Virus record (IMG/VR): IMGVR_UViG_3300045741_000280
Location: 1 to 61,679 of that record
Direction: 5' to 3' (one strand)
DNA from: a virus
Lineage: Duplodnaviria > Caudoviricetes
DNA length: 61,679 nt
Part shown: positions 9,035-19,450 of the stretch, one piece after another
Layout of the letters: every line of letters begins with the position of its first letter
Numbering within the stretch: position 1 is the first letter of the stretch
Notes under the pieces: generated by a model
What the model saw: only the letters and a program-made list of their open reading frames with translations
What the model was told of the DNA's origin: nothing
Databases searched by the model: none
Position numbers and translations under genes: made by a program

Positions 9035-10618
9035 ATGTCCTGTAATTCTCTCCCTTCCTCATCCTCTCCGATAACATTTGATGTTCAATACTTTATGAAC
9101 ACACAATGTTTTCAATGTGAAGATAGTGGATGTTCAGCAACATATGATAGCAGGTGTGTATATTACACAGGTCCCAATCTCTCATGCTCAGGAATTCAAA
9201 CAGGGCAGACAGTGGAGGTGGCTCTTCAGAAAATAGATGAGCAAATATGCTCTGTAATAGGAGATTATTCTAATTACCAATTTAATTGTCTATCAGCATG
9301 GTTTGGATCACCTATAACGCAGGAAAGTCAATTTGTTGATGCAATAACGGAATATTCCTGTGAAATAGTTGAAACTCTTACACACTTCACAGGGGTGACA
9401 TTCCCAGCTTTCCAGAATGAGGTGGATGCCCGGATTGATAACATCACCACTCCAACCATATCTTGTTCTTCAGCAGGGGTGACATCCTTGGATTCATTAC
9501 AAACTATTTTAGAGAAATATTGTACAAAATTTGGGCAGATTGATTCGGCCCTTTCTATTTCATCTGTAGATTGGGATGAATGCTTAACAGTGGTGTCTCC
9601 TCCCACGACGATAGCAGGAGCATTTTCTCTGGTGGTGGATCAAATATGCCAAGTGGCTACACTCACAGGAGCTGCCCTTCCCACATTTAATAATACAGGA
9701 ACATGTCTTGCTTCCCCCGGAACAGCAGATAGTTTGGTGTCCACTGTAGGAAAGATTATTACACGTCTCTGCCAGTCTCCAACATATGATGGAGATAATA
9801 TTACGTGGGGATGTGTAACGGAACCTCCTGATAATACATCAATAGAGGATGGAATACAGAATATTATAACTCGTGTAAATACATCATTACAAGCCCTTCC
9901 GACATTTGATGGCGGGGATTTTAATGTTGTTGCTACAAACCCAATGGATCCCTGTGCAGGAGTTACAGTGTCTCTTGCCACTCCTCTCAATCAGGATAGA
10001 TTTGTAGCTGCAAGTGCTTCTGATATGTCCCCAGGCACATTACAAAGTAAAACTACAGCTGGCACTAATATAACATTAGATTTTATTTCTACGCCAGGAC
10101 AGATGATTATAAATGCTGCCTCGGCTACTCTCGACCATAAGGTGAAGGCCTCTTCAGCAGATGCGTCCCCAGATTTTCTGGACGTAAAGCTAGCTGGGTC
10201 AACAGATTCTGGCATCACTATTTCTCCCACTTATAATGCATTTACAGAGAAGGTGGATTTAAACCTCTCTGTTAATACATCCACCCTTCTTGATTTACTA
10301 TTGGATGAATTAGTGGTGGGATCGGCTCTATACACCAAGTTCTGTGATAAGGTGGCACTATGTCCATGTAATTGTGGTACAGCAGATTGTATACAATATT
10401 TGGTGGAAAATGAGTCTGGATCAACCAAAAGTGTCCTATACAGTCCATGCTCAGATCCAGTGGTTGGATCAGTGACATTATCCCTGGCAAATGGAAGTTC
10501 TATAACAATATGTGCTATGGCAGCCAGTGTAACAGCTGCGGGCTGTACAGTGACAGCTGTACAATCCTGTGCTGGAGGTACTACATCCACTACAACATCC
10601 ACCACCACTGCTCTTTAA
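9035..10618 (+). CDS. Cys-rich fibre-like structural protein
   Basis: 527 aa. Carries a CVYYTGPNLSC module shared with 7967 and 42627, repeated Cys-capped helices, two V(K/A)AS..D.SP..L..K repeats and a Thr-rich C-tail. Confidence 0.6.
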   Translation: MSCNSLPSSSSPITFDVQYFMNTQCFQCEDSGCSATYDSRCVYYTGPNLSCSGIQTGQTVEVALQKIDEQICSVIGDYSNYQFNCLSAWFGSPITQESQFVDAITEYSCEIVETLTHFTGVTFPAFQNEVDARIDNITTPTISCSSAGVTSLDSLQTILEKYCTKFGQIDSALSISSVDWDECLTVVSPPTTIAGAFSLVVDQICQVATLTGAALPTFNNTGTCLASPGTADSLVSTVGKIITRLCQSPTYDGDNITWGCVTEPPDNTSIEDGIQNIITRVNTSLQALPTFDGGDFNVVATNPMDPCAGVTVSLATPLNQDRFVAASASDMSPGTLQSKTTAGTNITLDFISTPGQMIINAASATLDHKVKASSADASPDFLDVKLAGSTDSGITISPTYNAFTEKVDLNLSVNTSTLLDLLLDELVVGSALYTKFCDKVALCPCNCGTADCIQYLVENESGSTKSVLYSPCSDPVVGSVTLSLANGSSITICAMAASVTAAGCTVTAVQSCAGGTTSTTTSTTTAL

Positions 10619-10655
10619 CCTATAAGCCATTGGGTTATTGGTTTCTCAATGGTTT

Positions 10656-10685
10656 GCCTCGCTTCACTTGAGGCGGGGCTTTTTT
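10656..10685 (+). terminator. Intrinsic terminator
   Basis: GCCTCGCTTC-ACTT-GAGGCGGGGC stem (with G-U pairs) followed by TTTTTT. A second hairpin (10624-10654) lies just upstream. Confidence 0.75.
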
Positions 10686-10726
10686 ATAACATAAATAGTT
10701 AAACTATTTTCACCCAATAAATTAAA

Positions 10727-10758
10727 TTTGGTAATATCACCAAAATCTGTTAACTTTG
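10727..10758 (+). promoter_or_regulatory. Bacteroidetes-type promoter (-33/-7)
   Basis: TTTG (10727-10730), 20-nt spacer, TAACTTTG (10751-10758): a perfect consensus between a terminator and the ATG at 10798. Confidence 0.75.
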
Positions 10759-10797
10759 CTGCCGATAGTGTAAAATTATAAATAAAATTAGTAATTA

Positions 10798-12051
10798 ATG
10801 TCTGAAAACACACAACTGTTAGAAAAACTAAGACAATATCTAAAACACAAGAAATCAAAGACTTATTACGCCGAGCAGCTAGGAATTACAGTGGAGGAGG
10901 TGGAAATGCTCTTAAAAGAAATAAGAGGAACCAGCAGAGAGTTGGATGTAGAAGCAGAAACAGCAAATTATATAGCAGATTTGGAGGAGGATGTAGTAAG
11001 ACTTGCATCAGAGAGGGTGAATGAGGATGGAAGTAGGGAAATATCATACAGGAGTTCAAAACCCTTAACTAAGGAAGAAATAGAAAAATTATATGGAATA
11101 GATGGTATATCCACAAAGCTTTCCACATATTGGAATAAGGAGCTCCCTTCGGGCCGCTACCTTACATCGGCCTTGATTAAATGCTTAAAGAATGATTTCT
11201 CAGTGGATAAATTCCAGGAATTTCTAGCTAATTACAAGGCTCCCCCGGTTGTTAAATTTGAATATACACATACAGCACCACTTACAAAAGAAGAAGTGGA
11301 TGTAGAGCTGTCAATAGCAGATTTCCATCTGGATAAGCTCACTGTGGAGCCAGAATCTATAGAACAGAGAGTGGCTCAATATAAAGAAGCTGTAGAATCC
11401 CTCATCACTAAGACACAAGCAGCTTATAATATCCACACCATTGCCTTTATTCTAAGCAACGATTTCTTCCACACAGACTCCTATTCTAGCACCACTACAA
11501 AGGGAACTCCTCTAGATGTTTCTACGACATGGAACGATGCCTATGAAATAGGATTTGATCTTCTCGTATGGGCTATTTCTTATTTAAGCGTAGTGGCCAA
11601 AAACATAGAGGTGATATTGGTTCCTGGAAACCACGATAGAACAAAGAGTTTCTATTTAGCCCATGCCCTGGATGTATATTTTAAGAATATGGATAATGTA
11701 TATTTTGATAGGACATTTGACACAATAAAATACACTGTTTTGGGGAATACATTCATAGGGTATAACCATGGGGATGGTAAGATTGATGATCTTCCTCTAA
11801 TATTTGCCACAGACAGGGATTCCTCCCAGGAATTCGGGCTAGCTAAATTCAGGGAAGTGCACACGGGCGATAAGCACTATTACATGACCAAGGAAGTAAA
11901 GGGTGTAAGAGTGCAACAGCTTCCCTCCCTGGCAGGAACAGATAGATGGCATAAAGATAATGGATATGTTAACAACATAAGAGCTGCAATAGCCCTAATA
12001 TACCATCCAAAATATGGAAAATGTGCAGAATTTGAATATAGAATACCATGA
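10798..12051 (+). CDS. Calcineurin-like metallophosphoesterase with N-terminal HTH-like segment
   Basis: Ordered motifs ADFH, NDFFH, GNHD, HGD and HTGDKH. The N-terminal YYAEQLGITVEEV is HTH-like. Confidence 0.85.
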   Translation: MSENTQLLEKLRQYLKHKKSKTYYAEQLGITVEEVEMLLKEIRGTSRELDVEAETANYIADLEEDVVRLASERVNEDGSREISYRSSKPLTKEEIEKLYGIDGISTKLSTYWNKELPSGRYLTSALIKCLKNDFSVDKFQEFLANYKAPPVVKFEYTHTAPLTKEEVDVELSIADFHLDKLTVEPESIEQRVAQYKEAVESLITKTQAAYNIHTIAFILSNDFFHTDSYSSTTTKGTPLDVSTTWNDAYEIGFDLLVWAISYLSVVAKNIEVILVPGNHDRTKSFYLAHALDVYFKNMDNVYFDRTFDTIKYTVLGNTFIGYNHGDGKIDDLPLIFATDRDSSQEFGLAKFREVHTGDKHYYMTKEVKGVRVQQLPSLAGTDRWHKDNGYVNNIRAAIALIYHPKYGKCAEFEYRIP

Positions 12052-12743
12052 CTAACAGACAAATTGTAAGTTCTATAAGATCATTGAATAAGATGTTCTC
12101 GGATGCCACAATTTCCGATAGGGCCATTCTACAGGAATGTAGAAATGCTGCCAATCTTATTGTTCATCAGGATTTAGATAAACGCAAACTTGCTAATAGT
12201 CCCAATTTATTTGCATTCATTCCATGCCTGGAAATGCAGGAAGCCCCTATACAGGAATGTTGTGTATATGAATCAGAATGCACTGTGGCCAAATCTGTTA
12301 AAAAATTGCCAAAAATAGGAGAAGGGCTATATGGGCTAGCCATTCAGGGTGTATTTGGCCTGGATGGAACAAGGAAATTTAAAGAATCTAATCCTAATAG
12401 ATATTCGAACACCCTAAAATTAAAGCTTAAAACAAACGACATATTCTATTGGGTGGTAAATGACCACCTCTACATATCCAACCCTGATACAAAGGCTGTA
12501 AATATATTTCTCTATCCCACGGAGGACGTGGCTAATGATTTGCTCTATCCCGGGGAAGATTGTAATTGTGTTACAAAGCCAGACATAGACTCTTTATGCA
12601 CTCCTATATTGGATAAGAAATTCTATTTCCCAGATTACAGGGTGGCAGATATGAATAATATAGTGGAAAAGAGCCTATTATCTACATATTTTAGAATTCC
12701 TACGGATAAAACCAGTGATAATAAAGATGACCAAGCTCCATGA
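12048..12743 (+). CDS. Tail ring-type structural protein (by synteny)
   Basis: 231 aa with ATGA coupling, Cys clusters and a FYWVVNDHLYI beta motif. Lies just before the IHF/Ttub/Tstab block. Confidence 0.55.
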   Translation: MTNRQIVSSIRSLNKMFSDATISDRAILQECRNAANLIVHQDLDKRKLANSPNLFAFIPCLEMQEAPIQECCVYESECTVAKSVKKLPKIGEGLYGLAIQGVFGLDGTRKFKESNPNRYSNTLKLKLKTNDIFYWVVNDHLYISNPDTKAVNIFLYPTEDVANDLLYPGEDCNCVTKPDIDSLCTPILDKKFYFPDYRVADMNNIVEKSLLSTYFRIPTDKTSDNKDDQAP

Positions 12744-12886
12744 AAATAAACTATTCCGACTACATAAGACAAGGATGGAGAATATATAATATTTCTCTAA
12801 AGGAACATCATCTTTCTCCGCTATCTGTAAAGCTTGAGAGTGATGTAATGTATGACTCAGAAAACCAATTATTGTTTGTAAAATGA
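12740..12886 (+). CDS. 48-aa hypothetical protein (not in ORF track)
   Basis: MKINYSDYIRQGWRIYNISLKEHHLSPLSVKLESDVMYDSENQLLFVK. ATGA overlaps at both ends bridge two genes exactly. Confidence 0.6.
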   Translation: MKINYSDYIRQGWRIYNISLKEHHLSPLSVKLESDVMYDSENQLLFVK

Positions 12887-13374
12887 GAGTGAAGTGTGAA
12901 TATCGTACGGGATCAAAGGAAACCTACGATAGATTTTGTGTAGAAAACCCATCTATTAAGATTTCCTATAATGAGTATTGTAACATTATATATACATTCT
13001 CTTACAATTTCAGGGATAGACTATTAGAAACTGGAGAGAAGGGAAAGCTTCCACATGGCTTAGGAGCATTTGCTGTTTCCAAAAAGAAAATGACAAGAAT
13101 TCTCACTGTTCCGGAAACAGGAGAAGAACATATAGGACTACCCGTAGATTGGGCTAAAACCAGAAAAGCGGGGAAGAAAATATATCATATGAATTTCCAT
13201 ACAGAGGGCTTTAGATTTAAATGGAAATGGTTCCCACATTCAGCACAATTCTACAAGGCCGATGTATGGAACTTTAAGCCCTCAAGGGTGACATCACGCC
13301 TCATCACCCACTATCTTGTACAGGACCCCGCTTGCCAATATAAATACAAGGAATGGCACTTATTAAAATATTAA
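12883..13374 (+). CDS. HU/IHF-like DNA-binding protein (crAss IHF-like)
   Basis: Basic 163 aa protein with the HU-like motif GKLPHGLGAFAVSKKK, in the conserved position before the tail tubular gene. Confidence 0.7.
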   Translation: MRVKCEYRTGSKETYDRFCVENPSIKISYNEYCNIIYTFSYNFRDRLLETGEKGKLPHGLGAFAVSKKKMTRILTVPETGEEHIGLPVDWAKTRKAGKKIYHMNFHTEGFRFKWKWFPHSAQFYKADVWNFKPSRVTSRLITHYLVQDPACQYKYKEWHLLKY

Positions 13375-13383
13375 CATCCCTAA

Positions 13384-14256
13384 ATGAGAGCTACAAAATC
13401 CACCTACTATTACCACTATGATTTCGTTTCCCCGGCCCCCCTCTTTGCTCTGATAAAGGAGGAGCTTAAATCATATTATGATGCTGGAGCTATAGACGAT
13501 TTAGTATGGCCCATTTATTTGGAGAAATGCCTAAAAAAGCTACGCAGGGGATCGTATAAAATCAATCCTCTTCTCCTTGAAATAAAGGATTTTGAGGCTC
13601 GTCTTCCGGATGATTTTTATGCTGTTAGGGAGGCCTGGATGTGTACATCATGCACTGTTCCCTATCAGCTCCCTAATGCTCAATACCAATCTGTAGCTAT
13701 TTCTACAAGACTAGATAGTCCGGATGTATATTGTGATTTATGTACAGAATGTGAATTCCCAGATATTGTAAGAGCTTTATACAAAACCACAAACACTGTT
13801 CTTTTTGAATTTAGAAAGCAATATCTTCTAAAGCCGGGAAACATTTCTGTAGAGCAGAACTGCACCCTGAATTGTGCAAATAACAACACCCACGATTGTA
13901 TGGACACATTCGATGTTAGGGGCAATAAATTTGTCACTAATTTCAGGGAGGGTGTTGTACATCTAATATATTATGCTAAAGAATATGATGAATCGGGCTA
14001 TCAACTCATTCCCGACTCCTATGATATATGGGAATATATAGAGGCTTTTATTAAATATAAAGCATTCGAACAACTCTCCAACCAGGCCTCTGATGAGACA
14101 TTTAAACAGCTCCAGGCTAAATATCAGGAATATGATGCCAAACAACAGGAGAAATTCATCCTGGCTCGTACAGAAACCATGAAAGAAACTGCCTACCAAA
14201 TTCAAAAGGCCATCAAACGTAATAATAACAGACTGAATAAATTTATTCTTCCATAA
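13384..14256 (+). CDS. Tail tubular/ring protein (Ttub, P22 gp4-like)
   Basis: 290 aa with LPDDF and DESGYQLIPD...EAFIKYK motifs, directly upstream of the tail stabilisation gene. Confidence 0.7.
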   Translation: MRATKSTYYYHYDFVSPAPLFALIKEELKSYYDAGAIDDLVWPIYLEKCLKKLRRGSYKINPLLLEIKDFEARLPDDFYAVREAWMCTSCTVPYQLPNAQYQSVAISTRLDSPDVYCDLCTECEFPDIVRALYKTTNTVLFEFRKQYLLKPGNISVEQNCTLNCANNNTHDCMDTFDVRGNKFVTNFREGVVHLIYYAKEYDESGYQLIPDSYDIWEYIEAFIKYKAFEQLSNQASDETFKQLQAKYQEYDAKQQEKFILARTETMKETAYQIQKAIKRNNNRLNKFILP

Positions 14257-17200
14257 TGGCAGACCAGCCCCAGGGTAATATACAGCAGAATCCTAAGATA
14301 GCCACTGTTGGTATAAACATTGGAAATACACCCTCGCAGGTGAAAGTGGGCCAGCTTTCCTGGGCTATAAATGCTACATTACAGAATTTTGATGGATCTA
14401 GTGTATCCTATCAAAATGAGCAGGCTAATGAGGAATGTTTAACATTTCCCTCAGGCTATCAGGTGATTGGACATAGGAATATAGTGGAGGATGGAATAAT
14501 TGTATTCTGGCTGGCTAATCCGTCAACGGGTGATTCTGAAATAGGAACAGCATCCAATTGTGTATACACCACCATTGTAAATGCTAAATGTCTTAATTTA
14601 TCAATACACCATCCTGTCCTAAAATCTGTATATAAAAAGACTAACTGTGGAACAGAGGTGTATTGGACAGATGGCTACAATGTAAGACGATATATCAATC
14701 TATCAAAACTTCCATTTGCAGAAACTCTTGATTGTCCACCCGCCATAACAGGAGATGTTGATTGTAATAAGCTTTCTGTACAGCCTAATTTTTCAATCCC
14801 AGAAATAACAATTACAGATGTTGATTCAGATGGCTCCCTGATAGCCGGGACATATCAATTTGCTGTTTCTTATTCAAATGCCTTAGCAGAGAGTTATACA
14901 TCATTCTATTCCATCACCAATCCCCTACCAGTATTTGATCCTAATAAAATTACACAGGATTTTAACTATCCCGTGGGAAAATCAATAAATGTAACAATTT
15001 CCAATATTGATGTAACGGGATATTATGACTACATAAATGTAGCTGTTATAAAAACAGTGAATAATATTTCCTCTGTAGAGTTGGTTGGAACATACCAAAT
15101 TACATCTCCCACTAAAACCATATCCTACACTGGCCAGGGAGTGCAGGATAGACTAACAATAGCTGACATATTTGAGAAATATCCAATATATAATGTAGCC
15201 GGGGATTTAACAACTGCCCAGGATGTACTAATATGGGATGTATTAACAACAGATGAGAGAATAAGTTATCAGGAAATAGCTAATACAATCATTGTAAATT
15301 GGCAAACCCATCGTCTAAAGGCTGACAAACCATATGCTAATGAGATAAATGCTGTATATAAAAGAGGGTATATGAGGGATGAAATCTATCCTTATGAGAT
15401 AGTATTTCTATTAACAAATGGTAAACAAACAGATGGATTTCATATTCCAGGGAGAACCTCTCTCCCATCTGATTTGATTCCTATAGCGGGGAATGATGTA
15501 ATAGGAGAAGGAGCAGATGAGTGTGATCCAACATCTCAGCCCCTTCCCACATGGCAGGTGTACAATACAGGCTCTGTTACGGGATTTACGGAGGAGTTTC
15601 TGGCCAATTGTACATTCACAAAAGAGGGAGTGGTGTGTGATGATGCATGTTACGAAGGATCCTATCAATATGGAGAAATGTCGTATTGGGAATCAACGGA
15701 TGTCTATCCCTGTAATCCAATTTATGGCCCTTTGCAGAATAAGCCTATCCGGCATCATAAATTCCCTGACTCATTAATAACACACATTCACGACTCTGAT
15801 GGCTATATATATCCAATTGGTGTACGGATTAATGTAGCTCAGATATATGATGCCATACAAAACTCTTCTCTAACAGCCGATCAGAAAGCCAAAATAGCAG
15901 GATTTAAAATTGTAAGAGGAAATAGAGTTAATAATAAGTCTGTCGTTGCCAAGGGACTTATACATAATGTAGGAAAGTATTCCAGGGATGATCAAACATA
16001 TTATTTTCCGAATTACCCATATAATGATTTAAGGGCTGATCCATTTATACGCACTGTTCAATCACGCAATGACAGTGGTAAAAACGATTCCACCCGTCTC
16101 CAGGCTTTTTCCACGGATGAGAGTAAGCAAAGATGGGTGTTTCATAGTCCTGATACGCATTTCTACCAGCCTCCCTTAGGGAATATTATAAAGCTAGAAA
16201 CAGCTGAATATGGGCAATCCAAGGGACATTTTCAGCAGGTGAAAAATCATAGCAGGTATAAATTCCTTTCAGCGGCAGCTTACATCACCTCTGTAGGAAT
16301 AGGAGCTTCAATAGGAGTGCTTTCCGCAACAATAGGAATTTCTTTACAGGCATTTGATGGTACAGCTGCATTTACAGCCTATCGTACACTACTAGATATA
16401 GTGGAGCGTGTGAGCCCAAAAATCAATTTTGCCTATCAATATAACTCCATAGGAGAATATATTAACTACACACCTGTGCAGAATGCAGGAAATAAACAGA
16501 GATTATTGGACATTGCCACCTACCTGTCTCCAGGAATGCTGGCCGTAGGAGATGTACACACTGTTAATAATTTTCAGAGGGAGAGCTCTGTGTATTTACG
16601 TGGAGCTGTAACACTACCATTTCCCTCGCAAGTGGCGAATGTTCCAGAAGATGATTCCAGGTATTTACTTTCTGATGTATGCAACACGCCAGGATGTACA
16701 GGATGCGAAAATATTATTTCTAAGAAGGATATATCATCCTATTATGGTTCTATTAAAAGGAATTTTGCAAATCAATATGGTCCTCTATATTCATATGAAA
16801 CAGTTGACACAGGATTTCAAATAATATTTCCACCTAATATAAGGGATTTATATGTTGCTCCTATAAGGAATATATTTGGTGGGGATGTGTTTATTAACAA
16901 ATTTGCTTATAAATCCAAACTACCATTCTTTATAGATAATAGGGTGAGTTCCTCTCCCTCTAAGATATTTCCGGATGAGAGTGATATATCCTATAGTGAG
17001 TTGGGAAATATAGCTTTTCCAAATTACTGGTTGGACACAGACTCCGTACGGGGAACATCCTTGGTTATACCCATAATAAACCTTGATTTAGGACAATTTT
17101 TTGGTATAAGAAGTAATAATTTGGATTGTGACTCCCGTCCATTTTTCTATCAAAAGGGTAAAATATATTTATTTGCTTATGGTGTTCCATATTTTTATGT

Positions 17201-18794
17201 GGAATCCGAGGTGAATGTAGATTTGAGGCAAGCATATAATGGTGCGGAAGGAGACTTTTTTCCAAGGGTGAGCTCAGATATTCCTGACGATTGGCTACAG
17301 GAATCCTACACATCCATTCAATTCGATAATACATATTGGTATAATAAAACCTATTCCAAGCAGAATAAGGAGAATGTATTTACACATATTCCAGATAATT
17401 TCCTTCCATCTGAATGTACACAGTCCCTGGCATACAGGGCTATATTCTCAGAGCCCCAGAAGGATTTTGTTAATTACAGGAGAAATAATTGGCTGATATA
17501 CAGGCCCTCAGCTTATTATGATTTTCCACAGAATTATGGATCCCTAACATCGCTTGAGGGGATAGAGAATAAGCAGGTGTTGGCCAGATTTGAGAATAAA
17601 TCTTTACTCTACAATGCCCTTCTTACAGCTCCAACATCCCAGACTGATGTCTACCTTGGAAGTTCCCTTTTCTCTCAGCAGGTGCCTCCTCTTGATTATG
17701 CAGACACTGATCTTGGATTTGCCGGATCACAGCATAAATTCTTCCTTAAAACAGAATTTGGACATGTTTCACCTGATTGCAAAAGAGGAGCAATATTCCT
17801 GTTTAATGGGCAGCAGACAAAGGAAATTACAGCTGATGATGAAGTGAGCCAGTGGTTCACACAATATTTGGATTTTGAGCTTAAAAAGGCTTTCCCATCC
17901 TATAATGTGGATAATAATTATAATGGCACAGGACTCACGGGAGTGTATGATAGTAAATATAACAGACTCATCGTTACAAAAACTGATTATAAACCAATTA
18001 ACCCCAAATCAATATCCCTTTCAAATAATAAATTCTATGTCGGAACAACAGAAATCCAGCTTACCAATACAGAATATTTCTTAAATTATTCATTCACAGC
18101 CTCTTATGATTTACGACATCAGCAATGGATTAGCCTTCATACCTACATCCCCAACTATTATGTTGGAGAAGCTAATTACTTTTATTCCGGTGTTAATATA
18201 TTGGGCTCTTCTTCTATGTGGAGGCATAACACTTCTATTAACAAATATAATAATTTTTACGGCTCTATTCATCCTTACGTTTTAGAATACCCCTATAGTT
18301 ATCAATATAATGACGAAATCCTCCAGAATGTTAAAGACTACACAAAGGCTCTTAGATATGACTCATGGCAATCCTTTATAGAAGTGGATGATGCATGGTT
18401 TAATAAAGCCATTCTTTACAATGCTCAACAGAGTTCCGGAGTATTAAAACTCACCAGAAAACCCGTCAACAATCTATCCTTATATTCTACATATCCTAAA
18501 TATAACACTGATAGCAAAGAAATTCTGTACACTAAGAGGGATAATTTCTATCTCATCAACCAATTCTGGGCCTTAAATATTTCTTCTCAAACTCCAAATT
18601 GGATTCCCTCCACACAAAATCTCTCCATATTCAAGGAAATAAATCAGACTAATATGGATTATGGGAAACGCTCTTTCAGAAAAGCTCCTCTTAGAGCTAA
18701 AGACTTAAAAATCAGGCTCATCCTGGATGATAGAGATGACACAAAACTAATATCCGTTTTCCAGACAGCCCCATCGCAACAATCGTATTTATAA
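14256..18794 (+). CDS. Tail stabilisation/muzzle protein (Tstab, P22 gp10-like)
   Basis: 1512 aa beta-rich protein with YWTDGYN, GYMRDEIYPYEIVF, IRHHKFP, FHSPD, FGGDVFI and GVYDSKYNR motifs recalled for crAss-like muzzle proteins. Synteny agrees. Confidence 0.8.
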   Translation: MADQPQGNIQQNPKIATVGINIGNTPSQVKVGQLSWAINATLQNFDGSSVSYQNEQANEECLTFPSGYQVIGHRNIVEDGIIVFWLANPSTGDSEIGTASNCVYTTIVNAKCLNLSIHHPVLKSVYKKTNCGTEVYWTDGYNVRRYINLSKLPFAETLDCPPAITGDVDCNKLSVQPNFSIPEITITDVDSDGSLIAGTYQFAVSYSNALAESYTSFYSITNPLPVFDPNKITQDFNYPVGKSINVTISNIDVTGYYDYINVAVIKTVNNISSVELVGTYQITSPTKTISYTGQGVQDRLTIADIFEKYPIYNVAGDLTTAQDVLIWDVLTTDERISYQEIANTIIVNWQTHRLKADKPYANEINAVYKRGYMRDEIYPYEIVFLLTNGKQTDGFHIPGRTSLPSDLIPIAGNDVIGEGADECDPTSQPLPTWQVYNTGSVTGFTEEFLANCTFTKEGVVCDDACYEGSYQYGEMSYWESTDVYPCNPIYGPLQNKPIRHHKFPDSLITHIHDSDGYIYPIGVRINVAQIYDAIQNSSLTADQKAKIAGFKIVRGNRVNNKSVVAKGLIHNVGKYSRDDQTYYFPNYPYNDLRADPFIRTVQSRNDSGKNDSTRLQAFSTDESKQRWVFHSPDTHFYQPPLGNIIKLETAEYGQSKGHFQQVKNHSRYKFLSAAAYITSVGIGASIGVLSATIGISLQAFDGTAAFTAYRTLLDIVERVSPKINFAYQYNSIGEYINYTPVQNAGNKQRLLDIATYLSPGMLAVGDVHTVNNFQRESSVYLRGAVTLPFPSQVANVPEDDSRYLLSDVCNTPGCTGCENIISKKDISSYYGSIKRNFANQYGPLYSYETVDTGFQIIFPPNIRDLYVAPIRNIFGGDVFINKFAYKSKLPFFIDNRVSSSPSKIFPDESDISYSELGNIAFPNYWLDTDSVRGTSLVIPIINLDLGQFFGIRSNNLDCDSRPFFYQKGKIYLFAYGVPYFYVESEVNVDLRQAYNGAEGDFFPRVSSDIPDDWLQESYTSIQFDNTYWYNKTYSKQNKENVFTHIPDNFLPSECTQSLAYRAIFSEPQKDFVNYRRNNWLIYRPSAYYDFPQNYGSLTSLEGIENKQVLARFENKSLLYNALLTAPTSQTDVYLGSSLFSQQVPPLDYADTDLGFAGSQHKFFLKTEFGHVSPDCKRGAIFLFNGQQTKEITADDEVSQWFTQYLDFELKKAFPSYNVDNNYNGTGLTGVYDSKYNRLIVTKTDYKPINPKSISLSNNKFYVGTTEIQLTNTEYFLNYSFTASYDLRHQQWISLHTYIPNYYVGEANYFYSGVNILGSSSMWRHNTSINKYNNFYGSIHPYVLEYPYSYQYNDEILQNVKDYTKALRYDSWQSFIEVDDAWFNKAILYNAQQSSGVLKLTRKPVNNLSLYSTYPKYNTDSKEILYTKRDNFYLINQFWALNISSQTPNWIPSTQNLSIFKEINQTNMDYGKRSFRKAPLRAKDLKIRLILDDRDDTKLISVFQTAPSQQSYL

Positions 18795-19450
18795 TGCCAG
18801 AACTAAAAAGACAAAAAATATGCTTAGTATGTGGTAAAGAGTACTTAGGAGTTAGAAAATCTAAATACTGCTCCTGTAAATGTTCTGCTTCTACTAAAAA
18901 GAATGGAAAGATTAATACCTGTAAAACTTGTAGTAAAGAGTTTTATGTACAAAAGTATCAATTTGATAGAGAATTTTGCTCAAAATCATGTTATAATGCA
19001 AATGGTATCACTACTATAAATTGTAATAATTGTGGAAAGCAAGTACAAAAAGTAAAGAACAGAGTGGACAGAACCAAAAATAAAAGAAATTTTTGTAGTT
19101 TTAAATGCTTCCTGTCTTTTAATAGAAAAGAAAATTGTGCTCTATTCAAACCAGATTTGAGAATTAAGGGTTTAACGATTGCACTAAAACAGTGGTCTCA
19201 AAGGGTAAAAGAAAGAGATGATTATAAATGCCAGATATGTGGAAATGTTAGTAAGCCATTTTTAGAGGCTCACCATATAAAACATAGAGATGAATATCCA
19301 GAATTACAGTTAGAGATAGAGAATGGTATAACTTTATGTGTTAGATGTCATGCTGATAAGCATAGAGATGATGCTAGAGTGTACGGATTAATAAATAGTA
19401 GAGTTAAAAAATTTGAAAATGAGCAAGATATATATAAAACCTTCGCATAG
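18794..19450 (+). CDS. Free-standing HNH (homing) endonuclease with N-terminal Zn-finger repeats
   Basis: Three CxxC...(Y/F)CSxxC repeats, then RDDYKCQIC...LEAHHIK...NGITLCVRCH. Visibly AT-rich, and overlaps the next gene. Confidence 0.9.
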   Translation: MPELKRQKICLVCGKEYLGVRKSKYCSCKCSASTKKNGKINTCKTCSKEFYVQKYQFDREFCSKSCYNANGITTINCNNCGKQVQKVKNRVDRTKNKRNFCSFKCFLSFNRKENCALFKPDLRIKGLTIALKQWSQRVKERDDYKCQICGNVSKPFLEAHHIKHRDEYPELQLEIENGITLCVRCHADKHRDDARVYGLINSRVKKFENEQDIYKTFA

